Assembly: GCA_025558095.1 (NCBI GenBank)
Contig: JAIVFI010000014.1
Location: 372,001-436,000 of the forward strand
Reading direction: 5' to 3'
Origin: Hyaloraphidium curvatum SAG 235-1
Taxonomy: Eukaryota > Fungi > Monoblepharomycota
Length of the DNA stretch: 64,000 nucleotides
Positions 1-9,881 of this stretch are shown here, in pieces (the first letter of the stretch is position 1; every line of letters begins with the position of its first letter). The translations under genes were made by a program, and so were the position numbers. The notes below the pieces were generated by a model. The model made no database searches. It was not told the origin of the DNA and saw nothing but the letters and a program-made list of their open reading frames with translations.

Positions 1-726
1 CTGGCGCCGCTCCGCATTTGCTGAACAGTGAAACAGAAAGTGTTGTTCGTCTCCAATGTGCTCAGGGTCATGCTTGCACGTTCTCTGCTGCACCTCAAGT
101 CCTTGGTGCCTGCCTATCTCCACCTCCAGGTCGTGGGTAGAGCACAGCAACTTTTGGACATCCCTCCGGTGCTTCTCCACCCGGATCAGGGACGGTCCGA
201 TGTGGCCAAAGGTCATGTCACACATCCTCCAAAAGTGCAGTTTGTCGTTGTCCTTGAGCCTCTGGGCATTGATCTCCCTGAACTTGCCCTCCACAAGATT
301 CTCCACAGTCTCCTTGGGCCATGAGACAGTGTCCTTCTCCCACATCTCCTTCCCATCTTCGCCACCATAGTATACAAGTAGTTCCCTCAGGAAGGCAGCC
401 CAGTTCCAGGACCCCTTCAGTGCCTCGATCTTGAGCTCTTTGTAAAGTAGGTACAGCGCAGGATCCGCTGTTTTGATGCGCATGAGGAACTTGAGTGCCG
501 ACTCGTGGTCATGAACTGCAAGGGGGTACTGGCCAGTGATCGCATACAGACAGGCCAGGGAGGTAGACTTGGGCAGATGAGTGACGGCACGAAGAGCCAT
601 GCATGTCACTTTGTCCCTGGTGCTTTCCCCGGCAAGGTACTCCTCCTTCGGCATCTCAACAATGAACGGGTTCCCATATTGGCCCACTGCCTTGACCTTC
701 ATGTTGTAGAGCTTGAGTTGGAGATC
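1..726 (-). mobile_element. LINE (non-LTR retrotransposon) 3' fragment, inverted; open frame encoding the ORF2 C-terminus with a zinc-knuckle-like motif; runs off the window
   Basis: Its reverse complement aligns by eye to 3684-4316. It reads without stops DLQLKLYNMKVKAVGQYGNPF...HDLEVEIGRH...RTCKHDPEHIGDEQHFLFHC, the typical LINE ORF2 C-terminal motif. Confidence 0.9.
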
Positions 727-1097
727 GTGGTGGACAAGTGGTACCTCACGGGAAGTCGCACCTTGACCTCCAGCTCACGTTCTCGACCGAGGAGGACCGC
801 GAGACGCTCATACGGCTCAACGAGGCTGGAGCCCTGAAGCACCTGGCTGCGTACGCGAGTCGCGAGAAGACGTGGATGCAGAAAAACCGGTCTACTGCGC
901 AGTACCACCTGGTCCAGCAGATGGAGAAGGATGGGATTCCCTTCCGCCGCGACGGCCCGAAGATCGTCTACACGCCGCCGGAAACAGGCCTGGAAACGAC
1001 GCTCACCATGGAAAAGATCGAAGCAAAGTCACGCGAGCTTTGGGAGACGCGCCAGACTGCACGCGCGAACGCTGGAGAGCGTGTTGCGCGCGGCTAG
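727..1097 (+). CDS. C-terminal remnant of LINE ORF1
   Basis: Open frame ending at TAG 1095-1097, directly upstream of and in frame with ORF2. ORF1 identity is inferred from position only. Confidence 0.55.
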
Positions 1098-3758
1098 GAA
1101 AACGAGACTCGGACATGCCTCAGGATACTGTACCAAAACGTCGAGCGGAAGCTCGAGAAGAGCCTCTTTATACGTGAGCTGCTGCTACACATTGTAGAGT
1201 ACGATATCGTCGTTTTCGCTGAAGCAAGGTGGACGGGCAAAGGCGAGAAGCGGACTTGGGAGGAGCATATGAGCAACAACGACATCCGCGCAGAGGTTGC
1301 CGCGGTACTGGAAACGTTCGAGGTTTATGAGAAGAGCTGCTCGGAGCATGGTGGAGGAGGGTTGACGGTCTTTGTGCGAAAGGAGCTACCGCACACCGTA
1401 CGGACAGACTTGGACCCGATCCTGGACGTCGTGCAGATCCAAGTCGGCGGAGTGAACGTGCTGGGGGCGTACATACCGCCAACGCCAACGCAGGACATAG
1501 TCACGCAGGACGAGATGTGGTCGAGGTTCTCAGGGATTGTGGCTGGGTGCGACATGCCGATCGTGATCGGGGACCTGAACGCACATGTGGGGATAAGCGA
1601 GGCAAACAGCGACGTGCGTGGCACGAGCTTCGGAAAGCGTGTAATCCGGTCGGAGCAGCGCACGGATCGGAGGGGGAAACAGCTACTTGCACTGTGCCAC
1701 GAGGAGGAGCTGGTGATCCTGAACAGGCGCCTTGAGCCGGGGGCAACAACTCGCGCAGGAAAGGATGGCGAGCGGGACAGCACCTTGGACTACGCAATCG
1801 TGCCGCAGAGCCCCTACGGGACGGTCACCCAGCTTGCATTTGTGAAGGAAGGCTGGGTCGTCACCTCAGACCACATGGCCCTGAGCCTGACCATCAAGGC
1901 CAACCTCGTGCGACCAGCTGCGAAGGAGAACAAGGCGCACTGCAAACCCGTGCCGTGCGACTTCCACTTCCTCGCAATAATGCGAAACCTCTACGACGAG
2001 CCCTGGGTCAAGGAGGCAATGCAAGAGTACGAGCAACTTCAAGCTGGATCCGACAAGTGCAACCGGCTCATCCAGATCATGGCAGCGGTGAACAAGGTCG
2101 CGAAGAAGGTCGCGAAGAAGGTCGCGAAGAAGAAGTACGACAAGGTCAGCGCACACGAAGAGGCGGACAAGTTCCTCAACGGCTTTGCGGACTCGGCGGA
2201 GAGGGCCGAGATCGATCGGAAGCTGTCACGCCTTCTTGAGCTGCGATCCCTCATGGAGAAGGACGAGTGGAAGAAGGAGTACCAGGGGAAGACGCGGGAG
2301 CTGGAGAAGGAGGGGAAGAAGTTGGAGAAGAGGATGCGGAGGGTTGCTGAGCGAGAGAACTCCAAGCTGCTAGAGCGACTCTTCAGGCGAGAGCCTAAGG
2401 GGCACTACCAGCTGCTTGGAAAGGCTCACGCAAGGCGCAAGGGCAACCCCGTGCCCTTTGCAGAGCTGGTGCGCCACATGGAGATGGTCTCCAGCGCCGA
2501 GTACGTGACCAAGATCGAGGAGGATCCAAGGCTCACGTTTCCACCACTTCCCAAGGCCACGATCACGCCTTCTGGAGACCTGCTGCGCCCCATCACCCTC
2601 AAGGAGCTGGAGAGGGTCTTGAAGAAGGCCCCCAACGGCAAGGCAAAGGACGAGGATGGGATCCGGCTCGAGTTCGTCAAGTACGGGACTGCAGTACTGA
2701 AGCAAGCTGTTGTCAACCTCCTCAACGACGTGCTCAATGGCGTCAAGATGGATGACTGGGGCCAGACACTGCTGGTGATGCTACACAAGAAGGGGCCCAA
2801 GAACGTGGCTGGCAACTACCGAGGCATCAGCATAGAGAGGACGCTGGAGAAGGTCTTCTCCCTGGTCTGGAACGCTCGGCTAGCTCCCTGGGCTGAGTGC
2901 AACAAGCTGCTGGAAGGCTCGCAGTTTGGATTCCGTGCACGGAGATCGACCCTTCATGCAGTGTTCCTTGCCGAGGCACTCTTCTCCTTGGCCAAAGCAC
3001 GCAAGGAGAAGCTGATCATGGTCTTTGTAGATTTCACAAAGGCTTTTGACGCGGTGGAGCGCCCCAGGTTATGGCAGAAGCTGGAGGAGATGGGTGTACC
3101 CAAGCAGGTTGTTGACATGTTCGAGATGGCGTTCGGGCGCGTGTGGGGACGGCTCCGGGATGAAGACGGGACCAAGTCAGACTTCATCAAGTTCCTGACC
3201 GGAGTGAAGCAGGGGGACCCTCTCTCGTCGCTGTTCTTTTTCTTGTTCATCAACGACATCACTGCTTTCATGGAGGCCAATGGTGCAAAAGGGATGGATC
3301 TGGGCATGGTGTCTGAGGAGGAAGAGGATCAGGAGCGGATGGTTAGCTTGCTGGCTTTGTTCTTTGCAGACGACACCACTTTGATCTCGAAGGCGGTGAA
3401 GAATGCCAAGATGCAGCTGGATCTTTTGTCTGCATATGCCAGTGCCAATGGGCTGGAGATCAACGTCAGCAAAACAGAGTGGATGGCCAGGAAGATACCT
3501 CATCGTGTAAAGCTCATGTACAGGGGCCACGAGCTGAAGAGGGTCGACAGCTTCAAGCTTCTGGGGTACCAGCTCACGTCATTTTGGCGGAGCAAGGACC
3601 ATGTGCATGGCAGGGAGGCTAAGATGAACGCTGCTTATGGGCTCTGGCTCCGCGACATCCGGGAGCAGCCTGGGATGAGTCCTGACCTCCAACTCAAGCT
3701 CTACAACATGAAGGTCAAGGCAGTGGGCCAAGACGCACGGGAACCCGTTCATTGTTGA
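1098..3758 (+). CDS. LINE ORF2 APE-RT, truncated by a frameshift near 3731
   Basis: The ORF track gives 1269..3758. The frame extends upstream to 1098 and includes the APE N-terminal motifs LRILYQNV and YDIVVFAE. Confidence 0.9.
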   Translation, partial: ENETRTCLRILYQNVERKLEKSLFIRELLLHIVEYDIVVFAEARWTGKGEKRTWEEHMSNNDIRAEVAAVLETFEVYEKSCSEHGGGGLTVFVRKELPHTVRTDLDPILDVVQIQVGGVNVLGAYIPPTPTQDIVTQDEMWSRFSGIVAGCDMPIVIGDLNAHVGISEANSDVRGTSFGKRVIRSEQRTDRRGKQLLALCHEEELVILNRRLEPGATTRAGKDGERDSTLDYAIVPQSPYGTVTQLAFVKEGWVVTSDHMALSLTIKANLVRPAAKENKAHCKPVPCDFHFLAIMRNLYDEPWVKEAMQEYEQLQAGSDKCNRLIQIMAAVNKVAKKVAKKVAKKKYDKVSAHEEADKFLNGFADSAERAEIDRKLSRLLELRSLMEKDEWKKEYQGKTRELEKEGKKLEKRMRRVAERENSKLLERLFRREPKGHYQLLGKAHARRKGNPVPFAELVRHMEMVSSAEYVTKIEEDPRLTFPPLPKATITPSGDLLRPITLKELERVLKKAPNGKAKDEDGIRLEFVKYGTAVLKQAVVNLLNDVLNGVKMDDWGQTLLVMLHKKGPKNVAGNYRGISIERTLEKVFSLVWNARLAPWAECNKLLEGSQFGFRARRSTLHAVFLAEALFSLAKARKEKLIMVFVDFTKAFDAVERPRLWQKLEEMGVPKQVVDMFEMAFGRVWGRLRDEDGTKSDFIKFLTGVKQGDPLSSLFFFLFINDITAFMEANGAKGMDLGMVSEEEEDQERMVSLLALFFADDTTLISKAVKNAKMQLDLLSAYASANGLEINVSKTEWMARKIPHRVKLMYRGHELKRVDSFKLLGYQLTSFWRSKDHVHGREAKMNAAYGLWLRDIREQPGMSPDLQLKLYNMKVKAVGQDAREPVHC
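2094..2129 (+). repeat. 12-bp tandem repeat AAGGTCGCGAAG x3 (KVAK x3) inside ORF2
   Basis: Read directly from the sequence; preserves the frame. Confidence 0.9.
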
Positions 3759-4316
3759 GATGCCGAAGGAGGAGTACCTTCCGGGGAAAGCACCAGGGAC
3801 AAAGCGACATGCATGGCTGTCCCTTCGTGTCTGTCACTCATCAGCCCAAGTCTACCTCGTTGGCTGCCCTGTATGCGATCACTAGCCAGTACCCTCTTGC
3901 AGTTCATGACCGCCATGATGAGTCGGCCCTCAAGTTCCTCATGCGCATCAAAACCGCTACCCCTGATTATACCTGCTCTACAAGGGGCTCAAGACCGAGG
4001 CACTGAAGGGATCGGAACTGGGGTGCCTTCCTGAGGGAACTACTTGTATACTACGGTGGAGAGGAGGGGAGGGAGATGTGGGAGAAGGACACTTTTTCAT
4101 GGGCCAAAGAGACTGTGAGAATCTTGTGAAGAGCAAGTAGGGAGATCAATAATGTCCAAAAGCTCAAGGACAACGACGAACTGCACGTCTGGAGGATGTG
4201 ACATGACCTTTGGTCACATTCCCACCGTCGTTGATCCGGGTGGAGAAGACGGGAGGGACATCCAGAAGCTGCTCTGCTCTACCCACGACCTGGAGGTGGA
4301 GACAGGCAGGCACCAC

Positions 4317-5493
4317 GGAGCGGGTACGCCACATGGAGATGGTGGCCAGCACCAAGTACGTGACCAAGATCGAGGAAGACCCCAGCAGGCTCACGTTCCC
4401 ACCACTTCCCAAGGCTATGGTCACGCCTCCTGGGAACCTGCTGCGCCCCATCACCCTCAAGGAGCTCGAGAAGGTCCTGAAGAAGGCTCCTAACGGCAGG
4501 GCAGCGGATGAGGATGGGATCAGGCTCGAGTTCAAGTACGGGACCACTGTGCTGAAGCAAGCTGTGGTCGATCTGCTCAACGACGTGCTCAATGGTCAAG
4601 ATGGATGACTGGGGCCAGACACTGCTGGTAATGCTACACAAGAAGGGGCCCAAGAACGTGGCTGGCAACTACAGGGGGATCAGCATAGAGAGGATGCTGG
4701 AGGAGGTCTTTTCCCTGGTCTGGAATGCTCGGCTAGCTCCCTGGGCCGAGTGCAACAGCTGCTGGAAGGCTCGCACTTTGGATTCTGTGCATGCAGGTCG
4801 ACCCTTCATGCAGCATTCCTTGCTGAGGCGCTCTTCTCCTTGGCCAAGTAAGGCACGCAAGGAGAAGCTGATCATAGTGTTTGTAGATTTCACAAAGGCT
4901 TTTGACACGGTGGAGCCCCCGAGGTTGTGGAAGAAACTGGAGGAGATGTGTGTGCCCAAACAGAGGTGTGGGAAGGCTCCGGGATGAGGACGGGACCAAG
5001 TCGGACTTCATCAAGTTCCTGACTGGAGTGAAGCAGGGGGACCCCATCTCATCACTGTTGTTCATCTTGTTCATCTATGACATCACTGCTTTCATGGAGG
5101 CCAATGGTGCAAAAGGGATGGATCTGGGCATGGTGATTGAGGAGCGGGAGGATCAGGAGCGGATGGTTAGCTTGCTGGCTTTGTTCTTTGCAGACGACAC
5201 CACTTTGATCTCGAAGGCGGTGAAGAATGCCAAGATGCAGCTGGATCTTTTGTCTGCATATGCCAGTGCCAATGGGCTGGAGATCAACGTCAGCAAAACA
5301 GAGTGGATGGCCAGGAAGATACCTCATCATGTAAAGCTCATGTACAGGGGCCACGAGCTGAAGAGGGTCGACAGCTTCAAGCTTCTGGGGTACCATGGCC
5401 AGCTCACGTCATTTTGGCGGAGCGAGGACCATGTGCATGGCAGGGAGGCTAAGATGAACGCTGCTTATGGGCCCTGGCCTCGGGGACATCAGG
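4317..5493 (+). pseudogene. Decayed tandem duplicate of the LINE RT region (equivalent to ~2462-3662)
   Basis: Same peptide segments (RHMEMV...NYRGIS...GVKQGDP...FFADD) split over three frames, with a deletion near 4960. Confidence 0.9.
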
Positions 5494-5656
5494 CATGCGC
5501 CTGTGATGAGTGTGAAAGATTTGGAGGAAACTACTGAGACTGGGTCATGCTAAGGCCAGGAATGAACCGCGTGCATTCCAGCATCGCAAGGACGCCTCTT
5601 GCACCAAATCACTGAGAAAGAGTGCCTCTACCAGGTAGCCAAAGAGCACAATCCGG

Positions 5657-6820
5657 CTATGGTGGATCAAGATCCTGTTTGCACCTCATTTCCCTCTCCG
5701 CCTTCCAATCAACTGCAAGCATGGCCTCTGCAACTGCACCTGCATCATTGAGGTCCGTGGCTGCACGGACATTGTCTGCCTCCAGGGTAAAAATGGAGTG
5801 GTATCTCATCACCTTGCCGTAGTTGTTGTCCAATAGCACGTGCGGAACATCCAGCAACAAGCTCAGAATGTGGCCGTGTAGCCGATCCGTGACCACAACC
5901 TTTGCCCTCGCGAGAAACTGCAGTCCTAAAGCAGTCCTTTCGTGGCTCGCACTGGGCGGGTCCGTGGTGCCCTTGGCAAGATGTTCGCCGTATAGCAACC
6001 AATCGTCCACCGTCACATTCCGGCCCGGGTGCCGGCTGGCCAGCGGCACGCTGATGTTGCGGCGGTGAACGGCCTCCTTGTCCGTGCGGAGGAAATAGAG
6101 CACGTCCACGGGCGGGAGGACGCTGGGCACCTCGAATTTTTCCCGGGCAAGGGGTCCCAGGGCAAAGGCCGAATCCGGAGAAAGAAAGACCCGGTGACGG
6201 GCGGAGAAGTGGTCGACTAGGAAGCGGAAGGACCACGCGTCCCGCGCGACGAGCGTCAGATCCGTCATGGTAGCAAAGGCAGCCACTGTCTCTGCTGCCG
6301 CCGCGTCCGACGAAAACTGGACGCTCTGCGGCAAGAGCACAGATCTCCTATGCCGCAGGCGCGACATCAGGCTCAAACGCATTCTGTGGGGCAGCGGCCA
6401 GACATCGCCAAGATTCCCTCCTCCATGGTACAGCACGGCCGCCGTAGTGTCATTGGGAAGCAAGCGGTCGATCAAGGCCGCTTCCTCGTCGTCGTTCGCG
6501 TTCTCGATGCCGTAGTGCACCACGTTGATGCCGAGCAGACGGAGCACCTCCACTTCCCCGGCCGCAATAGCGGAATCGCCTTTGTTCTGGTGCATCGGAA
6601 GCTTCACGAGGGCGGCATGCTTCACCCCCGCAAGAGCTTGCCGCATTGTGGCCAGGAGCTTGGCGCGCGTAGCGACCACCACATCGGGTGCGGGCGGCAA
6701 ATGTCCGGCACAGGATTCGCTGCCGTTTCCGCCGCGGTAGAATCGCGTCTGCAGCCATAGGAGCGAAGCAAGTGCAAAGAATGTCAGGACAATGAAGCTC
6801 GTCCTCAGCGCCGAAGGCAT
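5657..6820 (-). CDS. Polysaccharide pyruvyltransferase family protein (Pvg1/EpsO-like) with a type II membrane anchor; intronless
   Basis: 387-aa ORF with an N-terminal hydrophobic anchor; motifs NKGDSAI, GGGNLGDVW, LPQSVQF, ARD..S, PDSAF and VVTDRLHGHILSLLLDVPHVLLDNNYGK. Confidence 0.88.
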   Translation of the reverse strand: MPSALRTSFIVLTFFALASLLWLQTRFYRGGNGSESCAGHLPPAPDVVVATRAKLLATMRQALAGVKHAALVKLPMHQNKGDSAIAAGEVEVLRLLGINVVHYGIENANDDEEAALIDRLLPNDTTAAVLYHGGGNLGDVWPLPHRMRLSLMSRLRHRRSVLLPQSVQFSSDAAAAETVAAFATMTDLTLVARDAWSFRFLVDHFSARHRVFLSPDSAFALGPLAREKFEVPSVLPPVDVLYFLRTDKEAVHRRNISVPLASRHPGRNVTVDDWLLYGEHLAKGTTDPPSASHERTALGLQFLARAKVVVTDRLHGHILSLLLDVPHVLLDNNYGKVMRYHSIFTLEADNVRAATDLNDAGAVAEAMLAVDWKAEREMRCKQDLDPP

Positions 6821-6912
6821 GGGGTCATTGGCCCGACATGTTTCCCCGTGTGATGAGGAGAAAGCAAAGCAGGAAGAGAAATCTATCCAATCAACACCAT
6901 TACGCGAATGAT

Positions 6913-9725
6913 CTAATCCAGCAGCGCACGGAACCGCTCCTCGATCTCCTTGTTCAGTTTTGCGTACCTAGGGGCGGATATGATGAGCTGGGATTCGGCG
7001 AAAGCCAGTGCACGCCACCAACCTCTCCTTGATGGCCTCCTCGCCGTCGTTAGGGTCCTGAGGTGCAAATATGCGTCAGAGATGTTCTGGCAAGGGATGG
7101 AGCGCGCGCCGCATACCTCGAACTTCATGGAGCTGAGCTTGTACATGATGTCAGACATGCTCTCCCGGATCCTGTTCCAGGTGATCTGGTTCGAGGTTGC
7201 CTCAACGGCGTGCGTTGCCGCGTCGTAGAAGGCAACGATGTTCTTCATCATCCCGGACGACTTGTAGAAGGGGCAGTAACGGTCGTAGGTCGAGTACCCG
7301 TTCTGCTGCAGGAAGTCCTCCTTGATGATCTTGGCAATCTCAAGGGTGATCTTGTCCGTCTCGGCGAGTGCGGACTGGAGCAACAGGCGTGAAACGAGAT
7401 CCCCCGATCCTTGGACGCACGACCAACCTTCCCGACAAGCTGCACGATTTCGGAAAGATCGTCTTCCATCTGCAGAATCTCCTTGAACTTTGTCCGGAGA
7501 GCAACGAACTCGGAGTCGAAGGTGTCGTACCAAGGCTCGAGGGCCTTGACGTACTTGGAGTACGAAATGTTCCAGTTGACGGAGGGGAAGTGCTTGCGCT
7601 GGGCGAGCTTCTTGTCGAGACCCCAGAACACCTGCACGATACTGAGGGTGGAGGAAGTGACCGGGTCCGAGAAATCACCACCGGGGGGCGACACGCTGCG
7701 CAAAGAGCCCATTAAGCGCGCACGACGGGACGTACGGCGGAACCGGACTCACGCGCCGACGATGGTAACGGTGCCGTTCCGCTGGGGGTTGCCCAGGCAA
7801 GTGACCTTTCCGGCACGCTCGTAGAAGGAAGCAAGACGAGCACCGAGGTACGCAGGGTAGCCCGAGTCTGGGAAGCTGCGTTAGAACCCTCGCCGCGGCG
7901 CCAGGGAGCGCAGCACCGACCAGCAGGCATTTCAGCGAGACGACCCGAGATTTCACGCAGCGCCTCGGCCCAGCGCGAGGTCGAGTCCGCCATCATGGCG
8001 ACGTTGAGCCCCTGATCACGGAAGTACTCCGACAGCGTGATACCCGTGTAGATGGAAGCTTCGCGAGCCGCAACGGGCATGTTACTGGTGTTGGCGACGA
8101 GAGTCGTGCGCAACATGATGGACTCTTCGCGCCCATCGACCGTCATCTTCAGCTCCGGGAAGTCCATCAGCACCTCCGCCATTTCGTTGCCGCGCTCGCC
8201 GCAGCCGACGTAGACGATGATGTCCGAGTTCGAGTACTTGGAAAGCGACTGCGAAATGACAGTCTTTCCGCACCCGAAAGCACCAGGGATGGCTGTCGTA
8301 CCGCCCTGGACGCAACTAAAGACACGGGTGGCGTTTAGAACACGCCAAGCAGGATCCCCGTTTACAACTCACGGGAAGAGCGCGTCCAGCACACGCTGTC
8401 CAGTCAGCAGCGGGTTGTCGCCCGCAAGCTTCTCGGCCACGGGGCGGGGCGAACGGACGGGCCACACTTGGAGGAGGGTGAACTTCTCCTTCTGGCCCTC
8501 GAACTCCGTCTCCAGGATGGTGTCCTGAATAAGGTACTCATCAGCGAAGCCCACGAAAGCGTCAGAGGGCACTGATCTTGCCTTGAGAGTGTACTGTCCT
8601 TTGGGAGCGATGTAGGTGATGGTGCCCTTGGCACGGGGGGGTAGCATGATCCGGTGCTTGACGAGGGTGTTCTCCTGCACCATGCCGTAGATGTCGCCTC
8701 CGACGATGTGGTCTCCGACCTTCAACAAGAGGAAACCTGTCAGGGTCTGTATCGGCCGGCCACATAGAGTGCCTTCACCTTGAAAGTGGTGGGTTCAAAG
8801 TCCCACGACACCGACTGATCCAGCGCGGGGGTGTTGATACCACGCGGAATATAGATACTCCCGGAGATGTCTTGGATAGCCTGGAGGTACGGATCAGATG
8901 GTTCGACCGAAGAGGTTGGCTTCTGCCTCCGACCTTCAGCGGGCGCTGGATACCATCGAAGATGGTGTCCATGATACCGGGTCCGAGCTCGACAGACAGA
9001 GGCTTGCCAGACTTGAGCACGGGGTCTCCGACAGTGAGACCGGCTGCGACGACAGCGTAAGGGGACCGCAGAACAAGATGCCTGCCCACGCACAAGTTTC
9101 CTCGTACACCTGAATCGTCGCCTTGTCGCCCTCGATCCTGATGACCTCACCGACGAGCTCATCGTGCCCGACGCGCACCTGGGATGTACGCAATCATTAT
9201 GGCCTTGGGTGGCAACGGAACCGAAAGGCGGCGCCGTACCAGCTCGTACATGGCACATCCCGTCATGCCCTCAGCCACGACGACGGGGCCTGACACCGAG
9301 AAGATGTACCCCAGCCTCGATGCCCTGTCCTCGTCCGCAATCTTGGGAAGGTCCCTCTTCGCATTCTCCAGAGCCCCGGCCTATGAAGGCCCGACAGCAC
9401 GTTCGGCAGGGTCCATGCGAGCGTCCACAAAGCAGCCGTGCGGAATCCCGACGGGAGGGGCGCGGGAGGAGAGCAGGCGACGAGGTGGCGCAAGTCGGCG
9501 TGCGGCGTCATGCACCCGGCGGCCAGCCGCAGCCACATCGCGATGATCGCCGCGGGGACGAAAGGCATCATCAGAGGAACGATTGCGACGAAGTAGAGCC
9601 GCCGATGAGCGCGTGCGCGAGCCGCCGAGGTGATATCAGCACCGCGATAAGGCGAAGTCGACCGGTGGGAGGGCAATGCCGTCAGGGCGCGTCCCCAAAG
9701 CGACGCAGGAGGAGAAACGCACCAT
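6913..9725 (-). CDS. VMA1: V-type ATPase catalytic subunit A (multi-exon, no intein)
   Basis: Spliced sequence [15 protein letters not shown]...[10 protein letters not shown]...GAFGCGKT...[13 protein letters not shown]...[11 protein letters not shown]...FRALLD. The first coding exon is the ATG alone at 9723-9725, followed by the donor GTGCGT. Confidence 0.97.
9381..9722 (-). other. VMA1 intron 1 (342 nt) with no internal AG
   Basis: Donor GTGCGT, acceptor CATAG, CTGAC at 9681-9685. No CT dinucleotide on the + strand between 9384 and 9722. Confidence 0.8.
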
Positions 9726-9881
9726 TTCGTTGCTCTGTCCCTGGAAAGCAAGGTCTGGAGCAACGATGCGACGAGGGGCGTACGTGCGCCACTTGACTGC
9801 CCCGTGAGAGTATAATAAGGCCCGATCGCATTGAATGCAGAAACCCCTACTTAAAATAAAAAAAACCCCACCCGCGTAAAA

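Larger units (their letters stand above)
727..4316 (+). mobile_element. 5'-truncated LINE: ORF1 tail, ORF2 (APE endonuclease + reverse transcriptase), and a 3' part degraded after ~3730
   Basis: APE motifs GDLNAHVG, TLDYAIV and SDH; RT motifs NYRGIS, QFGFR, FVDFTKAFD, GVKQGDPLS, FFADD and INVSKT. Frameshifting indels appear after 3730 relative to the copy at 1-726. Confidence 0.95.

Noticed and set aside
715-777. Short imperfect inverted repeat (GAGTTGGAGATC / GACCTCCAGCTC) at the LINE inversion junction
   Set aside because: A 10/12 match offset ~40 nt from the breakpoint, compatible with chance (both encode DLQL).
8180-8230. VMA1 intein (VDE) insertion site
   Set aside because: The sequence reads [17 protein letters not shown] without interruption, so there is no intein.
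9263-9763. Nested ORF in VMA1 intron 1 containing a hydrophobic stretch ([14 protein letters not shown]...MWL) faintly like PIG-Y/Eri1, and a TGATGA box-C-like word
   Set aside because: The conserved PIG-Y ending (G..F.HN) is missing, and low A content makes open frames expected. No matching box D lies at a suitable distance.
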